The notes below the pieces were generated by a model that ran no database searches, was not told the DNA's origin, and saw only the letters and a list, made by a program, of their open reading frames with translations. 50,548 nt of DNA from Catajapyx aquilonaris (taxonomy: Eukaryota). Shown here piece after piece: positions 11,700-23,744 of this stretch. The position numbers and the translations under genes are program-made. The stretch covers positions 1-50,548 of the forward strand of contig KZ538732.1 of the NCBI GenBank assembly GCA_000934665.2, read 5' to 3'. The number at the start of each line of letters is the position of its first letter. Within the stretch, counting starts at the first letter, position 1.

Positions 11700-12450
11700 T
11701 GGCTGATTCTCGTTAACAGCTCTTCAATATCTGCTACTTATTCCACTCGATTCTACTTATTAACAGAACTCAGGTATCTGTTAGTTGTTAACCGTTCTCT
11801 GCTACCTGCTTCTCGATAACATCTCTCCAGTATCTGCTACATGTTAACCACTAACTGCTACTTGTTAACAGCTACTCAATAGCTGCTACTTGTTCACCAC
11901 CAGCTGCTACTCAATAGCTGTTTCTGGGTAACAGCTCCGCAGTAGCTGCTACTTGTTCACCACCAGCTGCTACTTGTTCACCGTTCTCTGATACCTCCTA
12001 GCTGCTAATAGATCTTCAGCGTGTGCTATTTTCTAACAGCTCTTCAACAACTCCTCCTCGATACCAGCTCTCTAATCTGCTACATGTTAACGACTAGCTT
12101 CTACTTGTTAACAACTATTCAATAACTGCTCTGGAGAACAGCTCTGAAATAGATGTTTCTGGGTAACAGAGCTGCTATGTTGTTTGTTAACCGCTTTAAG
12201 TTACATGCTATTTGCTAACAGCTCCTCAACAACTGTTTCTCGATAACAGCTCTCCAATAGCTGCTACGTATTAACAGCTCCCGAATATTGTTATTTGTTA
12301 ACGCCTTTGTCCTATACATGGTACTTTTCACTTCTCATCGTTGCAGCTATTGCCTTATGTTACTCTTCACTACTTCTGACAACTGCTAATCATTGTTAAT
12401 TGCTAACAGCTGGAAGTCGCTCTTAGTTATTCGTTATCTGCTGTTATTAA
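11700..12450 (+). repeat. Degenerate minisatellite (CTGCTACTTGTTAACAGCTC)
   Basis: Many copies of TGCTACTTGTTAAC / TAACAGCTC words. Confidence 0.8.
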
Positions 12451-13229
12451 TTTTGATTTTTTAGACCTTATGCTATAATTTATATCATTGACGTCACTCG
12501 CATGACTATACTAGTTACAGTGCTTGTTGCTGCGTGCTTGCACCTCTTGCAGTGCAATAATGGCTGCATCTGCATTGAAGCTAAGGGCTCGCCTGAACAA
12601 CCAATTACAGTGTATCAAAAAGCAATACAGTTATGCAGTCTCGCCATAAAATTTGCAAAACATTGCGCAGAAAACTGATGTTTATTCCAAATTTGACGTA
12701 CTTATAAGTCATATGAACTTGCCAGTCACACACACAGCTGCAACTACTTTGACAGGCAAAATACATGCTGTATGTCGTGTAAAAAAAGTTATTGCCAGAT
12801 TCTGTGCAGAAATAATGTCCGCTTTAGAGACTTTGCAAAAAAAAATATATGGCCGTCTGGCGAAAGTGTCAAACTCGCGTTATTTCCAGTTGGCGCAGTT
12901 CTGCCAGGCAACTTTCAAGTTGGCCAGCGTTGCAATTACTTTAATTATTCTCTCCGTTGTTTAACGCTGATTCGCACTTGCACGGACTGGAAAATAGCGT
13001 AGTACGTTTTACGTATTTTCGCAATTTTAGCACTGAACTGAATATATTCCGTCTATATTGATATTACAAGTAACCCAGTTTACCCATCAAGTAGTAATCT
13101 TCTATGTTTGTGTATGATGGCAGTTATACAAGTGTAACCTAACATTTTTTGCTACTCATTTGAACAAATAATTGGAAGTGACGACTCAAATGAAGGAGAA
13201 CTTCCGCTACAATTTTGCTATTTCTTAAT

Positions 13230-14000
13230 TGCTTTTCGCTATCTGCTTGTTAACAGCTCCTCTTCATCGTTATTGTTACTTGCTCACAGATACTCACAGC
13301 TATGAATCCTCACACGCTGTCAGGTACTTGTTAACAGCTTGAAATCGCTCTTTGCTTTCCTCTAACTGCTTCTCGTTAACAGCTATAAGCTAATCGCTAT
13401 TTGTTACTTTTCATCGTTACTGCTACTATCTTTCTGTTAAAACCAGCTACGAAATAATTACATGCTACTAGCAACTTGTTAACAACTGGAAGGCGCTCTT
13501 CGCTTCTCGTTATCTTCTACTGGTTACTTTTAATCTTTATTATGACGTACTGTTTCTCATAGCTACTAAATCAATCATTTCAAGTTATTCTGCTATTTGT
13601 TAACAGCTCAGAGTCGCTCTCTGTAGCAACTACTTGTTTCTTTTCATCGTTACTTGCTTACTGTTGCTCGCTCTAAGTTACATGTTAACAGCTCGAAGTC
13701 GCTCTTCGCTCTTCGCTATCTGCTACTTGTTATGTTTCATCTTTATTATTGCTGTACTTAGTGCTTTACAGAAATTAATCATTTAATGCTATCAGCTATT
13801 TGTTAGCTCTCCGTAACAGCTACTTATTACGTTTCATCGTTACTTGATTACTTGTTAACAGCTCGAAGTCGCTATCCATTATCTGCTTCTCGTTAACTCC
13901 TCTGGTTACTCTCCATCGTTACTGCTACTTTCTTATGTTACTCTCTTTCATTTACTTATTAATAACCCTATAAGTGGCTCTTCGCTATACGTTATCTGTT
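13230..14000 (+). repeat. Degenerate minisatellite, same vocabulary as 11700-12450 (TTGTTAACAGCTCGAAGTCGCTCT / TTCATCGTTACT)
   Basis: Recurrent GTTAACAGCT, TCGCTCT and CATCGTTAC. Confidence 0.8.
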
Positions 14001-16049
14001 TTTATCCTCACAGTGCGCATAGATTCAACAGAAACGTCTCTTTGAAACCCGAACTAACTCCAAATGACAGTCCAACACAAAAATTAGTCCGTCTTTAATA
14101 GGCCCTTCCCAGCTTTCACCCATGTTGGCACCCTCCAATTAAGAGATGGCGCCACTGCCCATGCGCCATCTATGGACAAAAGCAGCATCTGGTGTCTGCT
14201 TTGGGCGCATCCTTTTTTTTTAAATGGGGGGATATGGGAGTGGGGTAAGTTGCCCCCCCTTCTCCTTACCTTGATGCCGTCCTGGAAGTGCTAGCCAAAG
14301 GAGCTGGAGCAATAAAGGAGGCGGGAAGCACCGCATGCTGCCATCGACTATCCGCCGCCCGGGCAGCACATTACTTGCACCAGAAGTGGCTCTGCAAAGG
14401 CACAAAGGACTGTGTGTGAGAGAAGGCAGCACCATCGCCCCCCCAGTCTTCTACTCCAAAAAATATAAAGAAAAAAAAGGGCTGCTCAAAATGACCGTGA
14501 AAGTCAATGGGCCTCAAACAGGGCAGCCATCTTTTTTTTAAGCCCCATCTATCGGATGGGGGGAGGAACAGAAAAAAAGAGCGGATTAAATCGCAGGATG
14601 CTCTCAAAGTGACGGGTTCGGCTCTTAAAGTCGGGGTGACAGTTCTCCCCGGATAGTATTTGGGACCAAGCCTGCTATAAAGCTATAGGAGTGTACTAGG
14701 CTTTTAAAGGCGTTTGAATGACTTTTGGGACGACTGCACACGACTGTCTGTCACGAAGCGTCGATTTGCTAGAATAGTGTGTGGCTACTCCCCTGCATCA
14801 AAAGCCAAGCTGCTGGTGTCATTAGGTGATAAAACTAACAGCTATAGTTCTGTAGCTAGTAGCATTAGTATATCGGATAATTTTAGGCAGCTTCCTGACA
14901 CTCCTACCCCAGCCATACTTTTTCCACTGGCATCGGTTTAGTAGGCTTCGTCCGCCGCCAGGATCGCCACACACTTACGAACAACACCAGCGCCTTATCG
15001 GCAACCCCTCTCCCTACAGGCTGGTGTCCACTGATTACGGCACGCGATAAGACGCCTGAATATTATAAGACTATGATTTGAAAAGTCCCATAGCAGCTAC
15101 TTTCTAGCAGTAGGTTGCTAGGTTTCATTGTTACCTAGCAGCTATTATATCTAGCAGTAAGCATTACTATGAAATAAGCAGCTAATTCGTAGCTGTTACT
15201 GTTAAACGCTACAAATTGGCAGTTATTTTACTCGTTACTTTAGCTACAAGTAGCTAATAACTTATTCGGGGCGGTTATGGCTGCAATGTGGGTTGGCTCG
15301 CTTGTTTAAGGGACATGCAAATGTTTGTGATTGTTCATGAGGGTTCCTGGACATTTCTTGGCTCTACATTTTTTGGACCAATGAGCACATCTGGCGGCGG
15401 AGAATAACCACTAATAAGAAACATGTAGCTATTAGCTAGTTTCAGCTAGTTAGTCGGCAATAATAGCTACTTTTGATAATAAAAAGCTGCGACAAGTCAG
15501 TTGCGAGTTGGAAGATGTTGCTACTTTAGGAACCACGAATAAAATTTATCATAGCTGCTATTCGTAACCGTTACATGACATTAACAGCTGCAAATCTGCA
15601 GTTTTAAAGTGAGCAGTTAATGCTTAATTCGCCACAAGAAGATTCGCAAAATTTAGTCAATTTGGTGACAAACGGTAAAAATTATATTTTGAGCCAATCA
15701 CTGAAGGCTACAGGATTGCTCACATCACAGGTTCAAAACGGTTGTTTTCAGCACGTTGTAGCGTTACTGGGTGAGGGAGGTTTTGGAGGGGTGGAGCCAA
15801 TTAGGAGCCGAAATCTATGGCCTTCAGGGGAAAATTGGGAAGTAATTTTGCCAACTTTGGGCTGGAGGAGGCAACATTTGCGGTTGGAGGACGGGAACAC
15901 ATTGGAATGCTGGAGGAGGAAGGAGGCCCAACTCTCTGTTTATGGCCACCCCTCGTTTAATGCATGTTGTGGGATAGACTTGAGGAATTGTTGGGTCCTG
16001 GAACATCCACAACATGCCGCAGTAACAACTTGTTCCAGTAGGGCAGTGG

Positions 16050-16290
16050 GACAAGGCAACATGAAGGGCAATGAAGCAACCTGAGGCACCATGAGACACA
16101 CAAGGTAGCATGAGACACACAAGGTACCATGAGACTCCAGGAGGCCCCCCGGGGCACCACGGGGCACCAGGAATCAACACAGGGGCAACCTGAGGCAACT
16201 TCAGACACCACGAGGCACCACGAGGCACCACGAGGCACCACGGGGCACTATGAGGCAACCTGAGGCAACCTGAGGCAACCTGAGACAACC
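16050..16290 (+). repeat. GC-rich ~10-bp degenerate satellite (TGAGGCAACC / CGAGGCACCA)
   Basis: Clear 10-bp periodicity, perfect in 16207-16290; explains the overlapping minus-strand ORFs. Confidence 0.9.
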
Positions 16291-17104
16291 ATTTCAACAT
16301 TGAACACATTACTTTGTGTTGAAAATCGTACTTTTGAGGGACATAGACACGTATTAGAGCAAGTGCACCCTCCCACCTAAAAGAAAATTCTCTCTTTTCC
16401 CATTGGATTCATCCATGAAACATTGCGGAAAAGGTAGCAAGGAAGAGGTTCCAAAGTGGCTGCAGCTCGACTCTAATCAAGCGAAGAGCACTTTTGAATT
16501 GGAAAACATTAAGGGAGAATGTAGTTACGCCTTTCCCTCTCTCCAAAAGCGCATTCCCGATGCAGAAACAACATCACTAAGCGCCGCTCTTTCCTTCTAA
16601 AACATTAAAAAAACCGGTTCTACTTGCTTCCTAAAGGAAAAGGTCTGCACACTTAATAAGTGACGAATATAAACAGAACCTTTCAACCGGAAGACCTCTT
16701 ATGAAGTGACAAAGTCGACCGGAAGTTACACTCAATTTTTTACGACTAACAGTGGGAACATAAATAACTCCAGACGAAACTGTATGTGACAAACGGGTTG
16801 CCATAACAGCAAAAGAGAAAAAATAACAGTTTCTTTTTGGTCGAGAGTAGGTCACAACACTTAACCGCAACTGTTATCATATGGATTATTTTTCTTTGGG
16901 CGGAGTGTTTATTTTTTTGCGCGCAGTTTTTCGCAACGGTGAACAATTTCATCTTGTCCCGTTTCCGTTCGACTAAACGTCTTCTCATCCTCGATACCCC
17001 GAAAGGAATTGGCTCGTATTTCTTTGCCGTGTTATTCCTTTTATGTTACAGTGAGGGGGCACGTAAATTGTCCTTTTTATGGGTACATTGTTGGAAGGAC
17101 TAAT

Positions 17105-17900
17105 GAAAAAAGGGGGGTGGGGTCTCATCTTGGCCAAAATCAGGTCGTGCGTGTGATTGGCTCGTGCCCTAAACGAGTGGATTCGAACCAGTTGGTTTAG
17201 CTGCAAAATGGTTGGCCACCATGAACTGTACTGTACAATACTGTAATACTTCGCCAGAATAATTTTCGTTCAAGATCAGTCAAATTTTGACCAAATACTA
17301 ATGAATATACCGCGAATCAAGTGTTAGTTATTTTTGAAAGGGGGTGGGGTCTCACGCTTATCTTTGCCAAAATCAGGTCTTGCGTATGATTGGCTAGTGC
17401 GCTAAACGAGTGGATTCGAACCAACCAGTTGCTTAAGCTGCGTATAGATTGGTCACAATGAGTTGGACTGTACTCACATAATCATTCGCACTAATAATTT
17501 TTGTCCAAATTTCTCCCAAATAACTATAGTTATTTCACAAATTCTTTGAACCTAAAGTATTAGTTATTTTTGGAAAAAGTGTGGGGTCTCATCTTCGCCA
17601 AAATGATTGGCTTTAGCACTAAGCGAGTGGATTCAAACCAGTTGTTTCAGCTGCAAACGGATAGGTCACCATGAGCTGTACTGTACCCACTGAAATACTT
17701 CGCCCGAATAATTTTCGTCCAAAAATCAACTAAATATTTGTCGTACACAATATATTTAATTTTACCCAAAAATCAACATAACTTTTTGAGAATCTGAATA
17801 AGTTTTTTTCCCCTTAAATGTTAGTAGTTTCAGATGGAAATTGATGGTCACCATGAGCTAGATTGTACTCACATTCGCCTCAATAATTTTTGGCAAAATT
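17105..17900. repeat. ~235-bp tandem repeat, 3 copies plus a partial fourth
   Basis: GTGGGGTCTCA...GCCAAAAT...GATTGGCT...CGAGTGGATTC(G/A)AACCA...GCTGC...GGTCACCATGAG...CTGTAC...AATAATTTT starting near 17112, 17341 and 17581; partial copy near 17845. Confidence 0.9.
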
Positions 17901-18443
17901 CAACCAAATTTTGCGCTAATTTTTTGTCCAAAACAATGACATTTTACCCAAATCCTAATATAACTTTCCACGAATCTGAACATATTAGTTTCTTTGGGAA
18001 ATGAATGAATCTTTGCATTTTTTGGACTGACTACTTCAGACACTTGGGACTTCTGGTTAAGGACCAACAGGTCTGTCTCTCCTCCAGACTGTGGTCCATT
18101 CTATTCCGCATCCGTCAATAAACCGGGTGGAGGTTTTTGGTGGGTGGTTTTGTGTGTTGGTAGGGGAAAGCGGGGGGGAAGAAACTCTCAATCGGTTTTA
18201 TTTGGAGGGGGAGAAGGGGAAGGGGGCAGCCTTCGGGCATCTGTTGCGTTGCCCCCCTCCCCCACTTCTCAAGGGACTGATGGTCAACACACTCCAAGCC
18301 CCGTATTCTTGGGTCTCACCGGATTTGAGGGCGCTGGCCTTAAGTCAGCAACCGGTTTTGCGCCCCGGAATACATCGTTATCTCCGGAGAGTTGAACAGG
18401 ATAAAAACTGTAGCCACTTCGTTTTGAATTGATGGCCGGTTAA

Positions 18444-18580
18444 GGGCCGATTTCTCCAACAGTGGTTCAAATGCAAACTCGGATTAAGTCCGGTTTAAAC
18501 CCAGTTCAGAGTCTCTGATCTGGGTTTAAACCGGACTTGAACCTGGTTTACATTTGAACCACTGTTCGAGAAATCGGGCC
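18444..18580. mobile_element. PIF/Harbinger (Tourist-like) palindromic MITE
   Basis: TAA|GGGCCGATTTCTCCAACAGTGGTTCAAATG ... CATTTGAACCACTGTTCGAGAAATCGGGCC|TAA; 3-bp TAA TSD, GG(G/C)CC termini, almost fully self-complementary. Confidence 0.9.
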
Positions 18581-18632
18581 TAAAAGTTAAAAGGTCTCAA
18601 CGTCAGCTGGTTACTGTCACAGTTACCTTTAT

Positions 18633-18968
18633 CAGCTATAAATATTAGTAGCTATACATATATGAATCACCATTTACCAGTTACTTTCAACAGCTATAAA
18701 TATTAGTAGCTATACATATATGAATCATCATTTACCAGTTACTTTCAACAGCTATAAATATTAGTAGCTATACATATATGAACCACCATTTACCAGTTAG
18801 GCTACTTTTAGCAGCTATAATATTATATTTGTCGCTACGAATAGGTTTTGGTCATCATTAAATGCTGACCAAAACTTATTCGTAGCTACAAATATATATC
18901 TTAAAAGTGACTGTTAAATGATGGTTCATATCTGTATAGCTACTAATATCTATAACTGCTAAAAGTAG
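18633..18968. repeat. 58-bp tandem repeat (3 copies) followed by an inverted copy
   Basis: Unit CAGCTATAAATATTAGTAGCTATACATATATGAATCACCATTTACCAGTTACTTTCAA at 18633, 18691 and 18749; stem 18825-18854/18866-18895; inverted unit extends to 18968. Confidence 0.9.
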
Positions 18969-19247
18969 TTGTTAAAATTTTTAACGATTACTTTTAGCAG
19001 CTATATTATGTATTATTACATTTTTAGTTGACAGCCGGTTAATAGTTAGAATTTTTCGACCAGTCGGTAGCTTGTTTTAATAGTTATTTTAAGTTGTAAA
19101 TACGGTTTTACAAGCTACAATGCAGTACGGTATGGATGCATTTTTTTTAAATGTTACTTTCAGCAGTTGTATATTTATCGCTACGAAGGGGTTTTGGAGA
19201 TCCTCTTATCAGTTACTTTTAGCAGTTAGAAATATTAGTCGCTATTA

Positions 19248-19395
19248 CAGATGATGAATCCGGTCATAGCAGACTTTCAGTTATAACAGGATCGAAAGGG
19301 TGGTCCCGGCATATTTCTTTATATTGGTTGTGTATTCGGTATAAACAGACCGATTTTCGCGTTCCCTTGAAGTCTGTTATATCCGGATTCAACTG
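19248..19395. mobile_element. pogo/Tigger-like MITE
   Basis: TA|CAGatgaTGAATCCGGTCATAGCAGACTTTCA ... TGAAGTCTGTTATATCCGGATTCAACTG|TA; TA on both sides, with a CAGTTGAA-type terminus. Confidence 0.7.
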
Positions 19396-20098
19396 TATTA
19401 GGTATTCATATTGGGCTGATTACCAGTGAGAAGGTCGAGTTTCCGACCGCTCAGCTGCTTATTTTAAGTTACTCATAGCAGCTCAAAATATTAGTCGCTA
19501 CTATTAGGCAGGGGTCAGAATTTAACAATTACTTTTATCAGTAATAAATATTTGTCGAAGCGAATAGGTTTTATTCATCATTTTAACAGTTACTATAAGC
19601 TGTTATAAATATTAGGCCCAAGAATGAGGTTTGGGTGCGTCCTATTAAATAACTAAAATCTAGCTTTAATTCCTGAAACTAGTCGAACTGGGCCTATCCT
19701 GGCAGAGCAAACACTCCTGCGAAATATAAATCCGGTGCCTCTTGTCCGGACGTGGCCCGTATCCGAGCCCCAGTTCCGGAACATGGCGTGGGCGGTGCCT
19801 TCCTGCCTTTTTCCCCTTTCCATGTCCTCCTCCTCCTCCGAAAAGGTCACTCTTTTCAAAATTGGGGAGGTTAAAAAGAACCCCCCTCAGTATGGAGATC
19901 TGGGAGCTCAGATTGGATTGGAAGAGAGTTTGTCCGGATATCCACGTATGTTCCGGTTCTAACCAAAAGGGGGACGTTATATCTGGACAGGCCTTATCTT
20001 AATGGAGTCTAGCGACTCTGTAGTATGCTGTTGTTTATTCACAATTTGGAAGGTCTATTCACTGTTGGTTGATATTGGAGCATTGTTTTAAAAAGTTT

Positions 20099-20145
20099 GG
20101 TTAGGATAGGATAGGTTAGGTTAGGTTAGGTTAGGTTAGGTTAGG
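20099..20145 (+). repeat. Short interstitial (TTAGG)n tract
   Basis: GGTTAGGATAGGATAGG followed by six perfect TTAGG units. Confidence 0.9.
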
Positions 20146-20275
20146 ATGCACCAACTTAAATTGAGGAAAATATTGGCTATGACATGAATTGGATGGGTCT
20201 GTGCCTGGTGGGTCTTTAGGCTAGGCTAGGCTAGCTTACATTAATGAAACATTTTGAAGAAAATCTGTGGTTAAG

Positions 20276-20402
20276 GAATTGGCTTGGGTGTGTGACTCTG
20301 TTTGCCCGGGGTGAGTCAGTTACTAGGTGCATGTAGAACCACTACCTCTGGCACGACCCTGAGAGTGGCAGTAGTGTGCATTAAGTGAGGGATATGATAC
20401 TA
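20276..20402 (+). repeat. Three-block dispersed repeat, copy D (partial block 1 also at 20186-20206)
   Basis: GAATTGGCTTGGGTGTGTGACTCTGTTTGCCC ... GCACGACCCTGAGAGTGGCAGTAG (20351-20374) ... GTGAGGGATATGATACTA. Confidence 0.8.
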
Positions 20403-20989
20403 CGTGGGAGTTTTGCCAAGTTTTGGCGTGTACTGGGCCCGGTTTCAGAAGCAAAAACCCTGCTTGAGTCAGATAGGACCCGTTCCCTTTTGCTGCAGAA
20501 GGACCAACCAGGGATGGATCCCAATTCCCAGGGAAACTCGTTCCCTGGCAGTGTATTAGGCGAAGGCTAAACCCTCCCCAAGTTCTCCTTACACCGAACA
20601 AACTCTGACCAAAAACCCTCTACATCTCCACAAAGACCCTGGGTTTCCCCTCCTTGGGTATGCAAAGGCGCCGATGCCAAAGAAGAACCAACCTTAATTG
20701 AATTCTTGGGAGGGAAAAGGAGAGGGAACCAATCATACCCAGGACTTCGATACAGTCAACTACCGGTTTTTGCAATGGAGGATACAATATTCTGGAGGAG
20801 TGTCAAAGGCAAGGGAGAGGATTGGAGGAGATGGGACCTTTTCATAGAAATCCGTCTCAAATTTTAGGACCCACCCGGATTCCGCGGTCTGGTAACACCG
20901 GCGTGGAATATTGGAATCATATTTCTAGAATGGAAAAGAAAATCATAAATCACGGTGGCAACACTGCCAGGTTCCCAAGGTGTCCTCAA

Positions 20990-21120
20990 AGTACCATACC
21001 GCTCACATAGGTGGCGTATCCTTCCTTTCTGCACAGTCCTGCCACTCTCATGGTCGTGCGAGGAGTAGTGGCACTACCTGAACCTAGATGAGCTAGAACA
21101 GAGGCAGACCCAAGCCAATT
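20990..21120 (-). repeat. Three-block dispersed repeat, copy E
   Basis: Minus strand AATTGGCTTGGGTCTGCCTCTGTT ... GCACGACCATGAGAGTGGCAG ... GTGAGCGGTATGGTACT. Confidence 0.8.
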
Positions 21121-21259
21121 TAATATGGCTATATTACTATTGGCTACATTAGCTACAAGTCTGCCTATATTAGATGCAACTTTCTTAGCTACAACTACAT
21201 AAAGTAGTACAGTATATTGGCTACAACCGTATTGGACATCCTTTTACGAGAATGATATA

Positions 21260-21469
21260 CAAGGTGTTTCAACTTTTTGTCCGAACAGTTATCGGAAATA
21301 TTGCACTAAGCTGCTACTTTGTAAGCAGTGTATGCCACTTCAACCTAAGATTCGCAGGGAATATTCCCCGTTCCTCCGACAAACCGGTTGCAAGTCACTG
21401 CTTACAAAGTAGCAGCTTATAGTGCAATATTTCCGATAACTGTTAGGACAAAAAAGTTGAAAAACCCTG
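21260..21469. mobile_element. Tc1/mariner-type MITE, internally deleted relative of 49763-50090
   Basis: TA|CAAGGTGTTTCAACTTTTTGTCCGAACAGTTATCGGAAATATTGCACT...GCTGCTACTTTGTAAGCAGTG with its inverted match ending AAAAACCCTG|TA. Confidence 0.9.
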
Positions 21470-21530
21470 TATCAGCTAAAACAATATTAGCTGCAGCTAA
21501 ATTAACTATTATCTATATTAAATATATCAG

Positions 21531-22165
21531 TAGAGAACGGATTTCTAGGTTCTAAAAAACCCTCAAATAGGTAGGCATTTAGGCCCTGAAAACAGTCAAA
21601 ATAGGCTCTTAAATAGGCACTATAAATCAGGCTGGTTCTAATTTATTTTAATTTCTACACAATGGAATTTTGCAGCATAGTAACAAACTAGCAGTTATTC
21701 CATATTTTCGGTGGTTAATCGCAGATTTTCGACGACAGTTAAGATCCTCCCACACACGGGCAGCCAATATGGCAGATAGAAAACCCGTCGGGCCGAATGT
21801 AGCAGCTTATTTAACGGCTATTAATAGCAGTTATTTCGAGTCGCAATAACTGTTAACGGCATATTTCCCGGGATCTTGCCGATCAACCGCTTCTTCGCTT
21901 GTCACAGGTTGAAGTGGGAGGGATTTCTTGAACGGAAAACCTGCAGAACTCTGGAAAATCTTACCGAATGGCGTGAAAAAGCTCGAAATAGGCACTAATA
22001 GGTGCTAATAGGCCATTTAGGTCCCAACACCCGAAATAGGCATTTTTAGGTTCTATAAAACTACGATTTTTGAGGTCCTTGTGTTATGAAACGGATAGAT
22101 ATTTTGGTTCCGGTGTTCTGCCTACAAAAGAAAAAGTAGGTAAAAACCTAGAAATCCGTTCTCTA
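21531..22165. mobile_element. Non-autonomous hAT-type DNA transposon, 635 bp
   Basis: Perfect 21-bp TIRs TAGAGAACGGATTTCTAGGTT / AACCTAGAAATCCGTTCTCTA; exact 8-bp TSD TATATCAG (21523-21530, 22166-22173); repeated subterminal AATAGGC words. Confidence 0.92.
21655..21721 (-). pseudogene. Possible hAT transposase C-terminal remnant
   Basis: Minus strand translates RLTTENME*LLVCYYAAKFHCV, resembling the RxRLxxENLExLL end of the hAT dimerisation domain; lies inside the hAT element near one TIR. Confidence 0.5.
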
Positions 22166-23744
22166 TATATCAGCAATGAAGCTATTCGTTCTATTAACTA
22201 CTACTATAGATTAGATAACTATAATATAGTTGTAGCTAAAAGTTGTAGTTAATATAATAGCGTGAACATTGATATATTTAATATAGCGAATAGTTAATAT
22301 ATATCTATAATTATTACTACAGATACACATAGCAAAGTTACAAGTAATTTTGAGCGATTTAGCTATACTGAGTAGTTATAGCTGAATGAACTATCTATAT
22401 TAATTAGATCAGCGTTGACGCTAATAGTAACATTAACTACAACTTTTAGCAACAACTATGTTATAGCTACGTTAATTGCAACTGAGAAATGTACCTGTAT
22501 TAGATATATTGTTAAATCAGCAATTAGCTGTATTAAAAATATTAGCATTGATGCTGTTGGTTACGTTAACTTCAGCTTTATTAGCTGTAGCCATATTAGC
22601 TCATAATTTTTTTCGCTTATTAAAAACTGGGACAGGTTGCTAGGTTCGAAAATGGGTCGCGTTCGAACATGCTCTGGTGTATATAGTGAGCCTGACACCT
22701 CTTACAGGATGAAATGCATGCCTGGTTAACATAATTGCGTTTGTGGTTCGTGACGTTTGATCCATTGCCAGTGTAGCCAACCGTGACTTAATTTGAATTA
22801 GGTGGTTTGATGATACAACTTGTTGCAGGCCCGCCATTTAAAAAAAAGGTAAGGTTTTTGTCACGTGCACGGTGTAATATTGCATGTCCCGTATTAACCG
22901 GCATCAAATTACTGTACGTACTAGTGGGGGTAGGGGGGTGGGGAGCAAACACAATCCCTCCCCCACTTTTGACAAGTGGTGTGCATGCAGCACAGTGTTG
23001 ATCGTTATCAGTCAGGCCTTATTGTTATTGGCAAATTAATGCATCGGATGTTAATTGCGGTAACTCGCGCAATTATTATCAATGGCGTGACCTCAGACAG
23101 GCGGGATTTGATCCGATTACTGCAATTTTAATTTTCGGTGGTGGTGGTGGGTGGAGGGGAGGGGGGCTGGGTTCCGCGCTATGGGAAAATAGATTAAGTC
23201 CAATAAGGGGACCATGTTTAGTATGGAAGCCTATTGGGTCGGAAATAAAATAATAACGGATTTTCACACATTAATTGTGGCCGGGACAGTATTTTAAGTT
23301 GATTATAACAGGGGTTTGTCGTTTCGACCAAAAATCGGAACAAAAAAAAAACAAAACGTTTTCAGAACATGGCCCTACCCTTCCCCAATATTTCTGCCCA
23401 TGCGCGTACAGGTATATTCGACAGCTATAATTTAATAACAAAGTACAAAAGTTAAAAAATAATATTGAAAATTGATTTCAAAAATTGGAAATTAACATCG
23501 ATAACATTCATAGAACATTGCGTGGCAAATTTCGATATTTTTAAAAAAATCGCCTTTAAAAGTTAACGATTGATTTTTCGAAATCTCATGCATGTGAAGC
23601 TTTTGCTAATAATTGCGCATAAATTAAGTGTACTCATTTCATGATTTCATTTCCATATATTTAATTTTGTTTTACTATTTTTTATTCGCGATATTATTTT
23701 CATTTTCTTTCCGTTTTTGAGAGAAATTGCATTTTATTTTGTAT

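Noticed and set aside
15824..16309. 161-aa repetitive minus-strand ORF
   Set aside because: Open frames result from a 10-bp GC-rich satellite, and all three minus-strand frames are open over the repeat.
20099..20145. Telomere or fusion site
   Set aside because: Only ~9 units, internal; short TTAGG tracts are common inside arthropod repeats.
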